Source: an uncultured Clostridia bacterium
GTDB lineage: Bacteria > Bacillota > Clostridia > Oscillospirales > Oscillospiraceae
Assembly (NCBI GenBank): GCA_932222125.1
Contig: CAKNZJ010000249.1
Location: 46,745 to 110,744 of the forward strand
DNA: 64,000 bases
Direction of reading: 5' to 3'
Shown in pieces: positions 37,008 to 47,875 of this stretch (position 1 is the first letter of the stretch; each line of letters begins with the position of its first letter). The position numbers and the translations under genes were made by a program. The notes below the pieces were generated by a model. It was not told the DNA's origin. It worked only from the letters and a program-made list of their open reading frames with translations, and did no database searches.

Positions 37008-37349
37008 TGGCACATATTAAAAATATAGAGCATGAAAAATGCTTGGAACTGGCGGTACGAGTGATGGTGCAGCCGGGATAGATTGGTCAGCAAGACCCTG
37101 GCCCAGAACAACCATGTGAGCATGACCTTGTTCACCTTTTCCGAGGGGGAGAAATTTGGCGCCCATGACAGTGCGGGCAATGCGATGGTGCTGGTACTGG
37201 AGGGAAGGGGATGGTTTGCGGTAGACAGCAGGACATACGTCCTCTCTATGGGGGAGAGTTTAGTGATGCCGGCCAACAAGCCCCAGGGGGTGTTTGCAAA
37301 CGAGGACTTTAAGATGCTCCTCACGGTGGTGTTTCCTGAGGAATGGTGA
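37008..37349 (+). pseudogene. cupin-domain protein interrupted near codon 24 (frameshift or nonsense), or an 88-aa TTG-initiated version from 37083
   Basis: The frame from ATG 37008 (MAHIKNIEHEKCLELAVRVMVQPG) stops at TAG 37080. A second frame then continues as (D/R)LVSKTLAQNNHVSMTLFTFSEGE..., which looks like a single cupin. Confidence 0.5.
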
Positions 37350-37470
37350 GCTGATAGGAGAGAGAAATCGATTGGACGATGTTCCCAATTCGGGGTAACG
37401 CTGTGGGATGTGGTTTGGTGGAGGCATGGGTTTGCTCCGGAGGCTGCGTGCCAAATATTGCTGAACTGTC

Positions 37471-37511
37471 AAAGGACATGGAGGGCCGCACTTTGCCTCT
37501 ATGTCCTTTTT
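37471..37511 (+). terminator. candidate terminator after the cupin gene
   Basis: AAAGGACAT (37471-37479) pairs with ATGTCCTTT (37501-37509), followed by TT. The loop is long. Confidence 0.45.
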
Positions 37512-37664
37512 AGCATGAATAAAAAATTTATAAAACCTTTATAAAAGGGAACTTTACGCGTGACCTTGTTTGTGGTATGCTGAAAATGGAAATATATACA
37601 GGGATTTGGTGGGGATGGACGGCCAGCTCCCAGGCAAAACCATAAAGAGAAGGAAATTGTATCT

Positions 37665-40166
37665 ATGGCAGTGCGAAAGACAAGAACCATGATTTCCCGG
37701 AGGGGAATGGGAGGGGAGGGACAGGAGCCGCCCACCCCCAAGCGCATGGAACGGGTGTTCCCAGACCCCAGGCAGGGGCTGAGCTGCACTCAAGCGGATA
37801 AGCTGCTGGAAAACGGCTATGGAAATGCTGCCGAGGACGCCAACGCGAAGACTGTGGGAGAGATCGTCCGGGAAAACACGCTGACCTTTTTCAACCTGGT
37901 GTTTGTAGTGCTGGCAGTGCTGTTGATTATTGCGGGCAATTTCCGGGATATGTTTTTTTTGGCCATTGCCGCAGTGAACTCACTGATCGGCATCATTCAG
38001 CAGCTTCGATCCCGAGCCACGCTGGCCAAGTTGAATCTGCTGGCTCAGGCCAGGGTGAAGGTGCTGCGAGATGGAAAGCTGGGAACGGTGCCTTTGCACA
38101 AACTGGTGCGGGAGGACATCGTGGAACTGGCGGCGGGGGATCAGATCCCTGCCGATGGCCCGGTGATGGCCGGTCAGGTAACGGTGAATGAGGCCCTTAT
38201 CACCGGTGAGGCAGACCCAATCGCCAAGCATCCAGGTGACAAACTGCTATCTGGTAGCTTTGTGGTGTCGGGAACGTGTCGGGCTAGAATGGACTATGTG
38301 GGGGCAAATAGCTATGCCTCCCGGCTGGCATTGGAAGCAAAAGCGGATCAGGGTGTGGGACGTTCAGAGATGATGAGGTCCTTGGATCGGCTGATCCGGG
38401 TGATCGGCTTTGCCCTTATCCCAATCGGAATTGCCTTGTTTTGCAATGAGTTTTTTATCCAGGAGCAAGGGTTCTCCACCGCCGTTACCTCAATGGTGGC
38501 AGCCTTGGTGGGCATGATTCCAGAGGGGCTGTACCTGCTCACCAGTGTGGCACTGGCGGTGTCTGTCATGTGGCTGGCCCGACGCAAGGTGCTGGTCCAT
38601 GAGATGAGCGCGGTGGAGACCTTGGCCCGGGTAGATGTGCTGTGTGTGGACAAGACGGGCACCATCACTCAGCCGGATATGTCGGTGCGGGAAGTGGTGT
38701 ACCTGGATCAGGACCTGTTTCCCGCCAGTATGGTAGAGGATATCTTTAACGCATATTACCGGGCAATGGATGCGGACAACGATACGGCCATGGCCATGGC
38801 TCAGCATTTTGACCGTCCCTCCCATTGGCAAGCAGAGCATATTGTCCCCTTTTCCTCTGCCTACAAGTGGTCGGCGGCGGTATTTCGGGGACATGGAGCC
38901 TTTGTAGTGGGGGCTCCTGAGTTTATTATGGGCAAGCGATATGCTGATTTGCAGCCTATCGTAGCGCCTTATCAGGGGGAGGGATGCCGGGTGCTGCTGC
39001 TGGCAAAGTGCTCCTCGCCTCCCAGCGCCGAACAGGGGCTGGCTGGGCCGGTTCAACCGGTGGCGCTGGCGGTACTCACCAACCCGATTCGTCCGGAGGC
39101 TCCTGATACGTTCCGGTACTTTGCCAAGCAAGGGGTAGATATCAAGGTCATCTCAGGAGACAATCCCGCCACAGTGTCCGCCGTGGCCATCCAGGCGGGG
39201 ATACAGGGGGGGGAGCGCTTTGTGGACGCCGCCGCCTTAAAGGAACCTGGGGACTATGCCCGGGCGATAGAGGAGTTCACCGTATTTGGGCGGGTGACCC
39301 CAGATCAAAAGCGTAAGCTGGTGCAAGCCCTGCAAAGGGCGGGACACACCGTGGCCATGACCGGGGATGGGGTAAACGATGTGTTGGCATTAAAGGATGC
39401 CGACTGCGGAATTGCCATGGCCTCTGGAGCGGAAGCCGCCTGCCAAGTGGCTCAGGTGGTGCTGCTCAGTTCTAACTTTGCCGCCATGCCCAAGGTGGTG
39501 GAGGAAGGAAGACGGGTCATCAACAATATCCAGCGGGCAGCAGCCCTCTATCTGGTCAAAAATATCATGTCCTTCTTTCTGGCGCTCATTACTTTGTTTG
39601 CTGGCTTTCCCTATCCGTTTGTCCCCATTCAGCTCACCCTAATCAGCGCGGTTACCATCGGCATTCCCTCTTTTCTGCTGGCGCTGGAACCAAACCGGGA
39701 GATTGTGAAGGGCCGGTTTATGCAAAATGTGTTGCGGCGGGCTTTGCCGGGAGGCCTGACAAACATTGTGCTCATCGTGGGCATTGAGCTGTTTACCTTT
39801 GCCTTTACCTTTCAGAGAGCCACCCTATCCACCCTGGCTACAGTGCTGATGGGAGTGGTTGGACTGCTGGTGCTGTACTATATTTCCAGGCCGCTGGACT
39901 GGAAACGCTGGACTTTGCTTGGCGCTATGACGGTGAGTTTTCTGATAGCGGTGCTGCGGTTTGGCAGCGTGTTCCAGCTCACACTGCTGGACTTTCAGTC
40001 CACCCTGGTCATCACGGTGTTTCTATTGCTGGCCCCCTCCGTCATCTTTGTGTTTGAGAGGATGTTTGAGATAGGCAGCACTGCCCTTGGCCTGTGGTCC
40101 AAGCGGGCCCGATGGATTGGGAAGAAGCGGCGCCGTCTTGGGAAAGGGGATCGGGTACTGGATTGA
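37665..40166 (+). CDS. cation-transporting P-type ATPase (PEGL motif, P2-like; ion unknown)
   Basis: DKTGTIT phosphorylation site, the MIPEGL motif, and TGDGVNDVLALKDADCGIAM. Confidence 0.85.
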   Translation: MAVRKTRTMISRRGMGGEGQEPPTPKRMERVFPDPRQGLSCTQADKLLENGYGNAAEDANAKTVGEIVRENTLTFFNLVFVVLAVLLIIAGNFRDMFFLAIAAVNSLIGIIQQLRSRATLAKLNLLAQARVKVLRDGKLGTVPLHKLVREDIVELAAGDQIPADGPVMAGQVTVNEALITGEADPIAKHPGDKLLSGSFVVSGTCRARMDYVGANSYASRLALEAKADQGVGRSEMMRSLDRLIRVIGFALIPIGIALFCNEFFIQEQGFSTAVTSMVAALVGMIPEGLYLLTSVALAVSVMWLARRKVLVHEMSAVETLARVDVLCVDKTGTITQPDMSVREVVYLDQDLFPASMVEDIFNAYYRAMDADNDTAMAMAQHFDRPSHWQAEHIVPFSSAYKWSAAVFRGHGAFVVGAPEFIMGKRYADLQPIVAPYQGEGCRVLLLAKCSSPPSAEQGLAGPVQPVALAVLTNPIRPEAPDTFRYFAKQGVDIKVISGDNPATVSAVAIQAGIQGGERFVDAAALKEPGDYARAIEEFTVFGRVTPDQKRKLVQALQRAGHTVAMTGDGVNDVLALKDADCGIAMASGAEAACQVAQVVLLSSNFAAMPKVVEEGRRVINNIQRAAALYLVKNIMSFFLALITLFAGFPYPFVPIQLTLISAVTIGIPSFLLALEPNREIVKGRFMQNVLRRALPGGLTNIVLIVGIELFTFAFTFQRATLSTLATVLMGVVGLLVLYYISRPLDWKRWTLLGAMTVSFLIAVLRFGSVFQLTLLDFQSTLVITVFLLLAPSVIFVFERMFEIGSTALGLWSKRARWIGKKRRRLGKGDRVLD

Positions 40167-40208
40167 CGGCTGCTGTGGGAGGCGATTTCCAATCAGGCTA
40201 TACAGTGG

Positions 40209-40242
40209 ACGGTGGAGCGCTTAGGCGCCCCACCGTTTTTTA
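40209..40242 (+). terminator. rho-independent terminator
   Basis: ACGGTGG...CCACCGT followed by TTTTTATT. Confidence 0.75.
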
Positions 40243-40304
40243 TTGCATTTAAAACTTTATTGTAGTAAAATAAAGGGACAAAACAGGCAAGGAGCGAAGT
40301 GCGA

Positions 40305-41504
40305 ATGAGTAAGTTACAGATGAACACGCCCCTGGTGGAGATGGATGGGGATGAGATGACCCGAATCCTCTGGCAGCAGATCAAGGAGGAACTGCTGGAG
40401 CCATACATTGAGTTGAAGACGGAGTACTATGACCTGGGATTGCCCAATCGGGAGGCTACAGGAGACCAGGTGACGGTGGATTCTGCTCAGGCCAACAAGA
40501 AGTATGGTGTGGCGGTGAAGTGCGCCACGATTACCCCAAATGCCCAGCGAGTAGAGGAGTATAAGCTTTCCCAGATGTGGAAATCCCCCAACGGCACTAT
40601 CCGGGCGATTTTGGACGGCACGGTATTCCGGGCTCCCATCATGGTAAAAGGTCTGAACCCGGTGGTGAAGAATTGGCAGGCCCCCATCACCATCGCTCGC
40701 CACGCTTTCGGCGATGTGTATAAGGCCGCCGAATACAAGGTCCCGGGTCCGGGAACGGCGGAGTTGGTGTTTACTGGGGCGGATGGACAGGAGGTGCGCC
40801 AGACCATCCAGAAATTCGACGGCCCAGGCGTGATTCAGGGGCAGTTCAACGTAAACCGCTCCATCACCTCCTTTGCTCACTCCTGCTTCAAGTTTGCACT
40901 GGACACCAAGCAAGATCTGTGGTTTTCCACCAAGGATACCATCTCCAAGCAGTACGACCACACCTTTAAAGATATCTTTGCGGCAGTTTATGAGGAGGAC
41001 TACAAGGAGAGGTTCCAGCAGGCGGGCATCACCTATTTCTATACCCTCATTGACGACGCAGTGGCCCGGGTCATCCGTTCCAAGGGGGGCTTTATCTGGG
41101 CCTGCAAGAACTATGATGGCGACGTGATGAGCGACATGGTGTCCACCGCATTCGGTTCGCTGGCCATGATGACCTCTGTGCTGGTATCCCCAGACGGCAA
41201 CTATGAGTATGAGGCCGCCCACGGCACCGTCACCCAGCACTATTACCGCCACTTGAAGGGAGAGCAGGTGTCCACTAACCCCATGGCCACCTTGTTTGCC
41301 TGGACAGGGGCGCTTGGGAAACGGGGCGAGCTGGATGGGCTGCCCCAACTTACTGCTTTCGCCAAGAAGCTGGAGAAGGCTGCTGTTGACACCATCGAGA
41401 GCGGCGTGATGACAGGTGATCTGGTAGGCCTCTGGGAGGGAAGGGCCAAGGCCCGGAAGGTCACCGGGCTAGAATTTCTCCGGGCCATCCGGGAGAGGCT
41501 GTGA
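40305..41504 (+). CDS. icd: NADP-dependent isocitrate dehydrogenase, eukaryote-like homodimeric type
   Basis: ATG 40305 lies 10 nt after AAGGAG. PLVEMDGDEMTRILW and KCATITPN motifs typical of the IDH1-like subfamily. Confidence 0.9.
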   Translation: MSKLQMNTPLVEMDGDEMTRILWQQIKEELLEPYIELKTEYYDLGLPNREATGDQVTVDSAQANKKYGVAVKCATITPNAQRVEEYKLSQMWKSPNGTIRAILDGTVFRAPIMVKGLNPVVKNWQAPITIARHAFGDVYKAAEYKVPGPGTAELVFTGADGQEVRQTIQKFDGPGVIQGQFNVNRSITSFAHSCFKFALDTKQDLWFSTKDTISKQYDHTFKDIFAAVYEEDYKERFQQAGITYFYTLIDDAVARVIRSKGGFIWACKNYDGDVMSDMVSTAFGSLAMMTSVLVSPDGNYEYEAAHGTVTQHYYRHLKGEQVSTNPMATLFAWTGALGKRGELDGLPQLTAFAKKLEKAAVDTIESGVMTGDLVGLWEGRAKARKVTGLEFLRAIRERL

Positions 41505-41660
41505 GAGTACAACGTACTTTCTGACTAACAGACCATGTGGGTAAAACGTTTTGATTGAACCTGGGGACCGGTTTTGTGGAAGGCATGGAGGAAGGGACTG
41601 AGGTATTGAAAACGCATCAAACTGGCTAATCAACTTGGGAAGCAATGTGTCAGCACCGTA

Positions 41661-41706
41661 AAAAGACCCCTGCGCCGCTTTGCGGCGCAGGGGTTCTGAT
41701 TTTCTT
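41661..41706. terminator. bidirectional terminator between icd and the Clp ATPase gene
   Basis: CCCCTGCGCCGC ttt GCGGCGCAGGGG, flanked by an A-run and a T-run. Confidence 0.8.
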
Positions 41707-41717
41707 TCAGATTGGCC

Positions 41718-44267
41718 TCAATCAGTTGTGACGTTCAGGGTTTCCCCATCAGCGGACAGGTTCACCATGGTGATGGGCTGTGCATACCGCTGGATGAGCT
41801 TGGCGGCGATGGGATCCTCCAAGTCCTTTTGAATCTGACGGCGCAGATTGCGGGCGCCATAGACAGCGGAGTAGGACTTTTTCACAAGATAGTCCAGCAC
41901 AGAGCCATCGTAGGCGAAACGAATATGTTTGTCGGCCATAACGGCCTCCAACTCGGACAACATGATCCTGGCGATGTCTTTGAAATTTTCCTCCGAGAGC
42001 TGGCTGAAGTAGACGATCTCATCCACCCGGTTGATAAACTCAGGCCGGAGGAAGGACTCTAAGCCCTTCATGGCCTTGTCTTTGCCCAGCTGGTTGGCGG
42101 TGCGGTCAAAGCCAAGAGAACCTCCCTTGATATTGCTTCCCGCGTTGGAGGTCATGACGATCACTGTATTTTCAAAGTTGACTACCTTACCGTGAGCGTC
42201 AGAGATGTGTCCATCGTCCAAAATCTGGAGCAGCACATTGAGCACATCGGGGTGGGCCTTCTCAATTTCATCAAAGAGAATGACCGAATAGGGTTTGCGG
42301 CGGATCTTCTCCGTAAGCTGTCCTGCATCGTCATAGCCTACATATCCCGGTGGAGAACCGATGATACGGGAGACAGAATGCTTTTCCATAAACTCGCTCA
42401 TATCCAGCCGAATGAGGGATTCCGGAGAAGAGAATAGGTCGGCGGCCAGTTGCTTTACCAACTCGGTCTTGCCCACGCCGGTGGACCCCACAAAGATAAA
42501 GGACACCGGCTTGTGTTTGGCGGAGATGCCTACCCGGCCACGGCGGATGGCGTTGGCCACGGCGGATACCGCCTGGTCTTGGCCTACGATGTGGGACTTC
42601 AGGCGCTCCTCCAGCTTGGCAAGCCGTTCAAATTCCTGTTCTTGGATCTGGGAGGCGGGAATCTTGGTCCACAGTTCGATGACCTTAGCCAGATGGGCGG
42701 CAGTCAGCGGAGGATTACCCTTGGCAGCTAAGCTGTCCCGCTCAGCGGTAAGTTTGGCCTGACAGCTTTTCAGCTCCGCCAGCCGTTGATAGGCTTGATC
42801 ATTGGCGGCGGTCTGGACCTCCTTCTTCTGTGCAGCTACAGTGGATAGCTGCTGCTGCAATTCAGCAATCTGGCGGCAGCGGCTTTCCTGCCGTTCTTGG
42901 AAGGCTGGGTCGGTGCGGTTAGGGGCTTCGGCATCATCCCGGCTGACTGCCATCTCCAGGGTGTCCCGCTGGCGTTGGAGCCGCTGCTCTTGGTGCTGAA
43001 GCTCCTGAAGCCGGGGGTCATTCTGCCCCCCGGTAGAGGCCAGAACCAGCTCCATCTCCTTGGCGTAGTCAGCCAATTCCTTGTCAATCTCCGCCAGGCG
43101 GGCCAGTTCCTGATTGTGTAGGTTGACATCGGAGGAGGCCTCATCAATGAGGTCGATGGCCTTGTCCGGAAGATAGCGGTCGGTGATATACCGCTCGCTC
43201 ATGGTCACCGCCAGCCGGCACATATCCGGACTGATGGACACATGATGGAAGCCCTCGTAATAGGGCGCGATACCCCGGATGATCTCTACCGCTTCGTCGA
43301 CAGAGGGTTCTTCCACCATGACAGGCTGGAAGCGGCGTTCCAAGGCGGAGTCCTTTTCGATATATTTGCGGTACTCGGTGAGGGTGGTGGCGCCGATCAC
43401 CTGGATTTCTCCCCGGCTCAGGGCGGGCTTGAGGATGTTAGCGGCATTCATAGAGCCTTCGGCGTCCCCCGCGCCTACGATAGAGTGTACCTCGTCAATG
43501 ACCAGGATGATGTTGCCCAGTTTTTTAACCTCATCGATGAGACCTTTCATGCGGCTTTCAAACTGTCCCCGAAACTGGGTGCCGGCCACCAGGGCGGTGA
43601 GATCCAGTAGGTAAACCTCTTTATCAAGCAGCTTATAGGGCACGTTTCGGTCATAGATGCGTTGTGCCAATCCTTCTGCGATGGCAGTCTTGCCTACCCC
43701 CGGCTCACCAATGAGACAGGGGTTATTCTTTTGCCGGCGGTTCAAAATTTGGATGGTGCGTTGGATCTCGCTGTCCCGGCCCACAATGGAGTCCAGCTTA
43801 CCCTCCCCGGCCTTGCGGGTGAGTGAGATGCAGTAGTTTTCCAAAAACTTGCGTTTTGGCCCTCGCTCCCCTTTAGAGGCGTCCTTACTCTCTTTGGGCG
43901 TATTCCCCCCCCGATGGGGCTGCTCATTATTTTGACTGTTGGGATGTTGTCCCTGGCCGCCCAATAATTTATTCAGGAAGGGGAAGGTGGCTGTGCGGCC
44001 CTCATCATCCTCGGACTGCTCCTCCACGGGGGTGAGTCCCTCCGCGTCCTCGGCGCCGCCGAAAGCGGACAACATCTCATTGGAGATGGAGTCTAGATCT
44101 TCCTCAGAAATGCCCATCTTCTTCATCATGTCGTCTACTGGCTTGATGCCCATATCCCGGGCGCATTTGAGGCAGAGTCCCTCGCTTTTGCTTTGACCGT
44201 TTTCAATCTTTGTTATAAAGATGACTGCCACATTATTGCGGCAACGTGTGCAATAGGTAGGTTGCAT
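41718..44267 (-). CDS. clpE: ClpE-like Hsp100/Clp ATPase (N-terminal zinc ribbon, two AAA+ modules, long coiled-coil middle domain)
   Basis: ATG 44267 behind AAAGGAG. Cys pattern C-x2-C-x22-C-x2-C (CTRC...CLKC). Walker A GEPGVGKT and [11 protein letters not shown] tripeptide in the second module. Confidence 0.8.
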   Translation of the reverse strand: MQPTYCTRCRNNVAVIFITKIENGQSKSEGLCLKCARDMGIKPVDDMMKKMGISEEDLDSISNEMLSAFGGAEDAEGLTPVEEQSEDDEGRTATFPFLNKLLGGQGQHPNSQNNEQPHRGGNTPKESKDASKGERGPKRKFLENYCISLTRKAGEGKLDSIVGRDSEIQRTIQILNRRQKNNPCLIGEPGVGKTAIAEGLAQRIYDRNVPYKLLDKEVYLLDLTALVAGTQFRGQFESRMKGLIDEVKKLGNIILVIDEVHSIVGAGDAEGSMNAANILKPALSRGEIQVIGATTLTEYRKYIEKDSALERRFQPVMVEEPSVDEAVEIIRGIAPYYEGFHHVSISPDMCRLAVTMSERYITDRYLPDKAIDLIDEASSDVNLHNQELARLAEIDKELADYAKEMELVLASTGGQNDPRLQELQHQEQRLQRQRDTLEMAVSRDDAEAPNRTDPAFQERQESRCRQIAELQQQLSTVAAQKKEVQTAANDQAYQRLAELKSCQAKLTAERDSLAAKGNPPLTAAHLAKVIELWTKIPASQIQEQEFERLAKLEERLKSHIVGQDQAVSAVANAIRRGRVGISAKHKPVSFIFVGSTGVGKTELVKQLAADLFSSPESLIRLDMSEFMEKHSVSRIIGSPPGYVGYDDAGQLTEKIRRKPYSVILFDEIEKAHPDVLNVLLQILDDGHISDAHGKVVNFENTVIVMTSNAGSNIKGGSLGFDRTANQLGKDKAMKGLESFLRPEFINRVDEIVYFSQLSEENFKDIARIMLSELEAVMADKHIRFAYDGSVLDYLVKKSYSAVYGARNLRRQIQKDLEDPIAAKLIQRYAQPITMVNLSADGETLNVTTD

Positions 44268-44357
44268 GGATAGTCTCCTTTCAGGGGATATGTCTTTAGG
44301 CCGTAACATACCAGATAAATATGAACGAGTCATGAATTTTAGAGTGGTAATTTTCGT

Positions 44358-45032
44358 TCACATAGGGAAATCGTTCAGCAGCCGTCCCAGACGGTGAATG
44401 GTGAACCAGGAGAGGACCGGGGTATCCGGCGCTGACGGCACCCACCCGGCCAACTGGCCCAGCCACACCAACACCACGATCAGCACCGCAGCCTTGGCCA
44501 GACCGATCAACAGCCCGCCTGTCCAATTGACGGTGGATAGGATAGGCAGGCGGGCAGCCAGATTCAGAGCGCGGCTAGCGATGAACCAAATGAGCAGAAT
44601 GGACAAAAAGGCAAGAGCGAACAGCACAGCTTTGGCAATCCCTTTGGAGAGATAGTTTGCTAGGGCGTTCACTGGGGTGAGTTGTTCCGATTGAAGGGCA
44701 TTTTGAGCTACTTCGTTGCTCAAAATGGAGGAAAAGCCGGAAAACAGTCCCTCTTCATTGATATGGGTCAATAGGTCGTCCATGGAGTAATTATCCCGCC
44801 CATCCGCCTGGTCGTCGGCAGACTCTGTGCCCAGGATGGTGCGGACAATGGCAGGCTGGATCAGGTGGGAGACAGGTTGCCAGAACATATTGGAGACAAG
44901 CTGAGCACCCAAAAAAGCAGTAAGGACAGCGGCCAGGCCACATAGGGACAAGACAAATCCCCGGGAGGCTCCACGCCAACCGAAAAAGGCCAGCAGCGCC
45001 AGGATTAGAAGGTCAAACAGATAAGTAGGCAT
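44358..45032 (-). CDS. cvpA: CvpA family membrane protein
   Basis: ATG 45032 behind GAAGGAG. N-terminus LFDLLILALLAFFGWRGASRGFV and four TM helices. Confidence 0.75.
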   Translation of the reverse strand: MPTYLFDLLILALLAFFGWRGASRGFVLSLCGLAAVLTAFLGAQLVSNMFWQPVSHLIQPAIVRTILGTESADDQADGRDNYSMDDLLTHINEEGLFSGFSSILSNEVAQNALQSEQLTPVNALANYLSKGIAKAVLFALAFLSILLIWFIASRALNLAARLPILSTVNWTGGLLIGLAKAAVLIVVLVWLGQLAGWVPSAPDTPVLSWFTIHRLGRLLNDFPM

Positions 45033-45087
45033 AGCTGTCTCCTTCCCCTGGCCATCCGGCCAGGTTGAATTCATAGGGAAGTAACGG

Positions 45088-46248
45088 TCAGGGAACATAA
45101 AAATGGGCCTGACCATCTGAGATGAGAATGGCGGAACCATTATTCATCAGCAGAACTACGCGGTTCCCCTGGGTGCCTTCCAGGGAGGCGTACAACTCCA
45201 ACTGATTGGTATAGATATCCAGCCGGTTGTTGGTGAGCACCGCCAGATACCGCCCTGCGGCGGAAATTGAAAGCACTTGTTCGTTTAGCTCCAGAGTGCG
45301 GTGTGCTCCGGTATCATCCACTACCCACAGCTCCCCCTGATTTCCCGCTCGGTACCGGCCCAGCAGGACAGCGGAAAAGCCGTCTCCCCCCAGAGCATAG
45401 CGGCGAAGATAGCGGTCAGACCAGGCCACTGTGGTAGTATCGCCCTGATGGTTGGTGATTCCCAAACCCTGGTCACCAAGGGTCCAGACCGCAGAGGGGG
45501 TGTGCTTGGTCTCCAGAATCACCGAGGAGCCCAGGGGGCAGGTGACATCGGGTGTGTAACTGCCGTTGGCATAATCCATAGAGTACAGGGATAGGGTGGT
45601 GGAAAAAACGCCGCTTTCTTGGCCAACGGTGACGATGGACAGAGTGCGTCCGTTATCGGACAGAGCAGCATCCATAGCAAAGGTGGAGGAAAGGTTGACG
45701 CTCATCACCGGAATATATGTGGTGTCGTACACCGTCACCGCGCTGCGATAGCCGCTGGGCTGGGTGACCACGGTGAGTTGTCCGTTCCGGTTTAGCCGAG
45801 CGGATAAAATGGAGTCCATGTTCTCAACGGACCACAGCAGGGAGCGCTGACCAAGGATATAGAGAGAAGAACCTCCAGCATCATAGACCACCGCCAGAGA
45901 GCCGTTGATACTTACCACAGGGCTGGACATAGTGACTGATTCATTGACATACTGGATGCCGCTTCCGGAATAGAGGGAGATGGAATTGCCGGAGCACACC
46001 AGCAGATCGCCGTCCAGCACGGCAAAGCAGTCCCCCAGGTCACCGTCATAGCGAAAGGATTCGGCCTGACCACTGTCGTTAAGGGCTAGGAAACGGTATT
46101 GAAACCAGCGACGGAGGCTGTCCAAGCTCAGGCTGTCCCGGAAGGCCACCGCAGCCACCGCCCCGAGCGCTACTGCCAGGGCCAGCAGAAATAGAGCCAA
46201 CCGCTTCAGGAAGTTCGGCTGCTTTTTTTGTGCTTTGTTCGGTTCCAT
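45088..46248 (-). CDS. membrane-anchored DUF5711-like protein
   Basis: Single N-terminal TM helix and a beta-rich repeat-like ectodomain. The family name is recalled from similar Clostridia proteins. Confidence 0.55.
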   Translation of the reverse strand: MEPNKAQKKQPNFLKRLALFLLALAVALGAVAAVAFRDSLSLDSLRRWFQYRFLALNDSGQAESFRYDGDLGDCFAVLDGDLLVCSGNSISLYSGSGIQYVNESVTMSSPVVSINGSLAVVYDAGGSSLYILGQRSLLWSVENMDSILSARLNRNGQLTVVTQPSGYRSAVTVYDTTYIPVMSVNLSSTFAMDAALSDNGRTLSIVTVGQESGVFSTTLSLYSMDYANGSYTPDVTCPLGSSVILETKHTPSAVWTLGDQGLGITNHQGDTTTVAWSDRYLRRYALGGDGFSAVLLGRYRAGNQGELWVVDDTGAHRTLELNEQVLSISAAGRYLAVLTNNRLDIYTNQLELYASLEGTQGNRVVLLMNNGSAILISDGQAHFYVP

Positions 46249-46290
46249 AGTGGAGCCTCCTTTCTGCTGTTTTATTCTGCCACCCCATGC

Positions 46291-47046
46291 TTACAGCACA
46301 TCTTCGCGATACCACAAGTTCGTCATGTATAATCCGTCCGGCGGCGCGGTGGGGCCGGCCAGAGTGCGGTTGCGGGAGGACAAAATGGCTGGGATGAGGC
46401 AGGGGTCCAGCTTACCCTCAGCAGCGTAGACACAAGTGCCTACCATGGCCCGGACCATGTTATAGAGGAAGCCATCGGCACACACACGGCAGTGGATGAG
46501 CTCATTGTGACGCTCGATATAAAAATAGTGAACGGTGCGCACCGTAGTGCGGGTCTCAGTTCCCACAGAGCGGACCGCGGCAAAGTCATGGGTGCCCACA
46601 AATTGTCGGGCTGCCTGTGCCATGACTGTCTCGTCCAGCGGCTTGGGATGGAACCAAACCCGGTTGACGTGGAAAGGGTCCCGGATGCGGGAGTTGTAAA
46701 TGCGGTAAGTGTACTCCTTTTTCAGGCAGGAACCGATGGCGTTAAAGCTGTGGGGTACCACAGTGGCTTTGCATACGCAGATATCATCGGGTAGCCGGGT
46801 GTTCACCGCTAAGGGCAGCCGCTCTACCGGAATGCCGGAGGTGGTGTAGAAGTTGGCCACATAGAGTTGCGCGTGGACGCCAGCATCGGTGCGGCCTGCC
46901 CCAGTGACCTTGACTGGATGGCATACCACCGAGGAGAGGGCCTTTTCCAAGGTCTCTGCTACAGAAGAGGCATTTTTTTGTACCTGCCAGCCATGGTAAG
47001 CAGTGCCGATGTAGCTGAGGCGCAAGGCGATATTGCGCTGTTCCAT
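46291..47046 (-). CDS. truA: tRNA pseudouridine(38-40) synthase
   Basis: ATG 47046. YIGTAYHGWQ motif, and the catalytic Asp motif GAGRTDAGVHA. Confidence 0.9.
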   Translation of the reverse strand: MEQRNIALRLSYIGTAYHGWQVQKNASSVAETLEKALSSVVCHPVKVTGAGRTDAGVHAQLYVANFYTTSGIPVERLPLAVNTRLPDDICVCKATVVPHSFNAIGSCLKKEYTYRIYNSRIRDPFHVNRVWFHPKPLDETVMAQAARQFVGTHDFAAVRSVGTETRTTVRTVHYFYIERHNELIHCRVCADGFLYNMVRAMVGTCVYAAEGKLDPCLIPAILSSRNRTLAGPTAPPDGLYMTNLWYREDVL

Positions 47047-47068
47047 GGGGACACCGCCTTTCTCAGGA

Positions 47069-47875
47069 TTATAACCCAAACCAGCTCAGTATGCCGATGC
47101 ACACGCACAAGGTAAGCGCCCCGGTGATGAACAAGCCGTCTTTGGGCTGGTAGTGGAGCTGGTTCATCCGGGTGCGGCCCTCGCCACCATGGTAGCAGCG
47201 GCACTCCATGGCGGTGGCCAGCTCGTCCGCCCGCCGGAAAGCCGAGATAAACAGCGGGACCAGCAGGGGAATCAGCGCTTTGGATTTCTGGATGAGATGG
47301 CCTGAATCAAAGTCCGCGCCCCTGGCTCGTTGGGCCGACATGATCTTATCTGTCTCCTCGATAAGAGTGGGGATAAAGCGCAGGGCGATGGACATGATCA
47401 TAGACAGTTCGTGAACCGGCACCCTGATTTTTTTTAAGGGAGAGAGCAGGCTTTCCAAACCATCGGTGAGGGATAGGGGGGAGGTGGTGTAGGTGAGTAG
47501 GAAGGTGCAGGAGATGAGCATCAAGATACGCACGGTCATAAAGAAAGCGTGGAGTAGCCCCTGGTAGGTGATGGTGAAGATCCAAAAGGATACCAGCGGG
47601 GTACCTGGAGTGTAGAAGGCGTTGAGCACAGCGGTGAACACCAGCAGGAAGACAACTGGCTTCATACCCCGAAGCAGGGCCTTGAGGCGGACGGTGGATA
47701 CCTTGATCATGCAGGCCAGAACAAAGAGCAGGATAGCATAGGTGACAAACTGTCTAGCCAGGAACAGCGCAATAATATAGATCACCATAGCCAGCAGTTT
47801 AGCCCGTGGATCCAGCCGGTGGATGGGAGAATTGCCTGGGAAAAATTGTCCCAGCGTGATATCCTTCAGCGCCAT
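47069..47875 (-). CDS. ecfT: ECF transporter transmembrane component
   Basis: N-terminus GNSPIHRLDPRAKL, with a C-terminal ARGAD and coupling-helix region. Confidence 0.85.
   Translation of the reverse strand: MALKDITLGQFFPGNSPIHRLDPRAKLLAMVIYIIALFLARQFVTYAILLFVLACMIKVSTVRLKALLRGMKPVVFLLVFTAVLNAFYTPGTPLVSFWIFTITYQGLLHAFFMTVRILMLISCTFLLTYTTSPLSLTDGLESLLSPLKKIRVPVHELSMIMSIALRFIPTLIEETDKIMSAQRARGADFDSGHLIQKSKALIPLLVPLFISAFRRADELATAMECRCYHGGEGRTRMNQLHYQPKDGLFITGALTLCVCIGILSWFGL

Noticed and set aside
44322-44360. 7-bp inverted repeat TGAACGA...TCGTTCA upstream of the Clp ATPase gene, considered as a heat-shock operator or the cvpA terminator
   Set aside because: Short arms, a 25-nt loop, and no resemblance to CtsR or CIRCE consensus.
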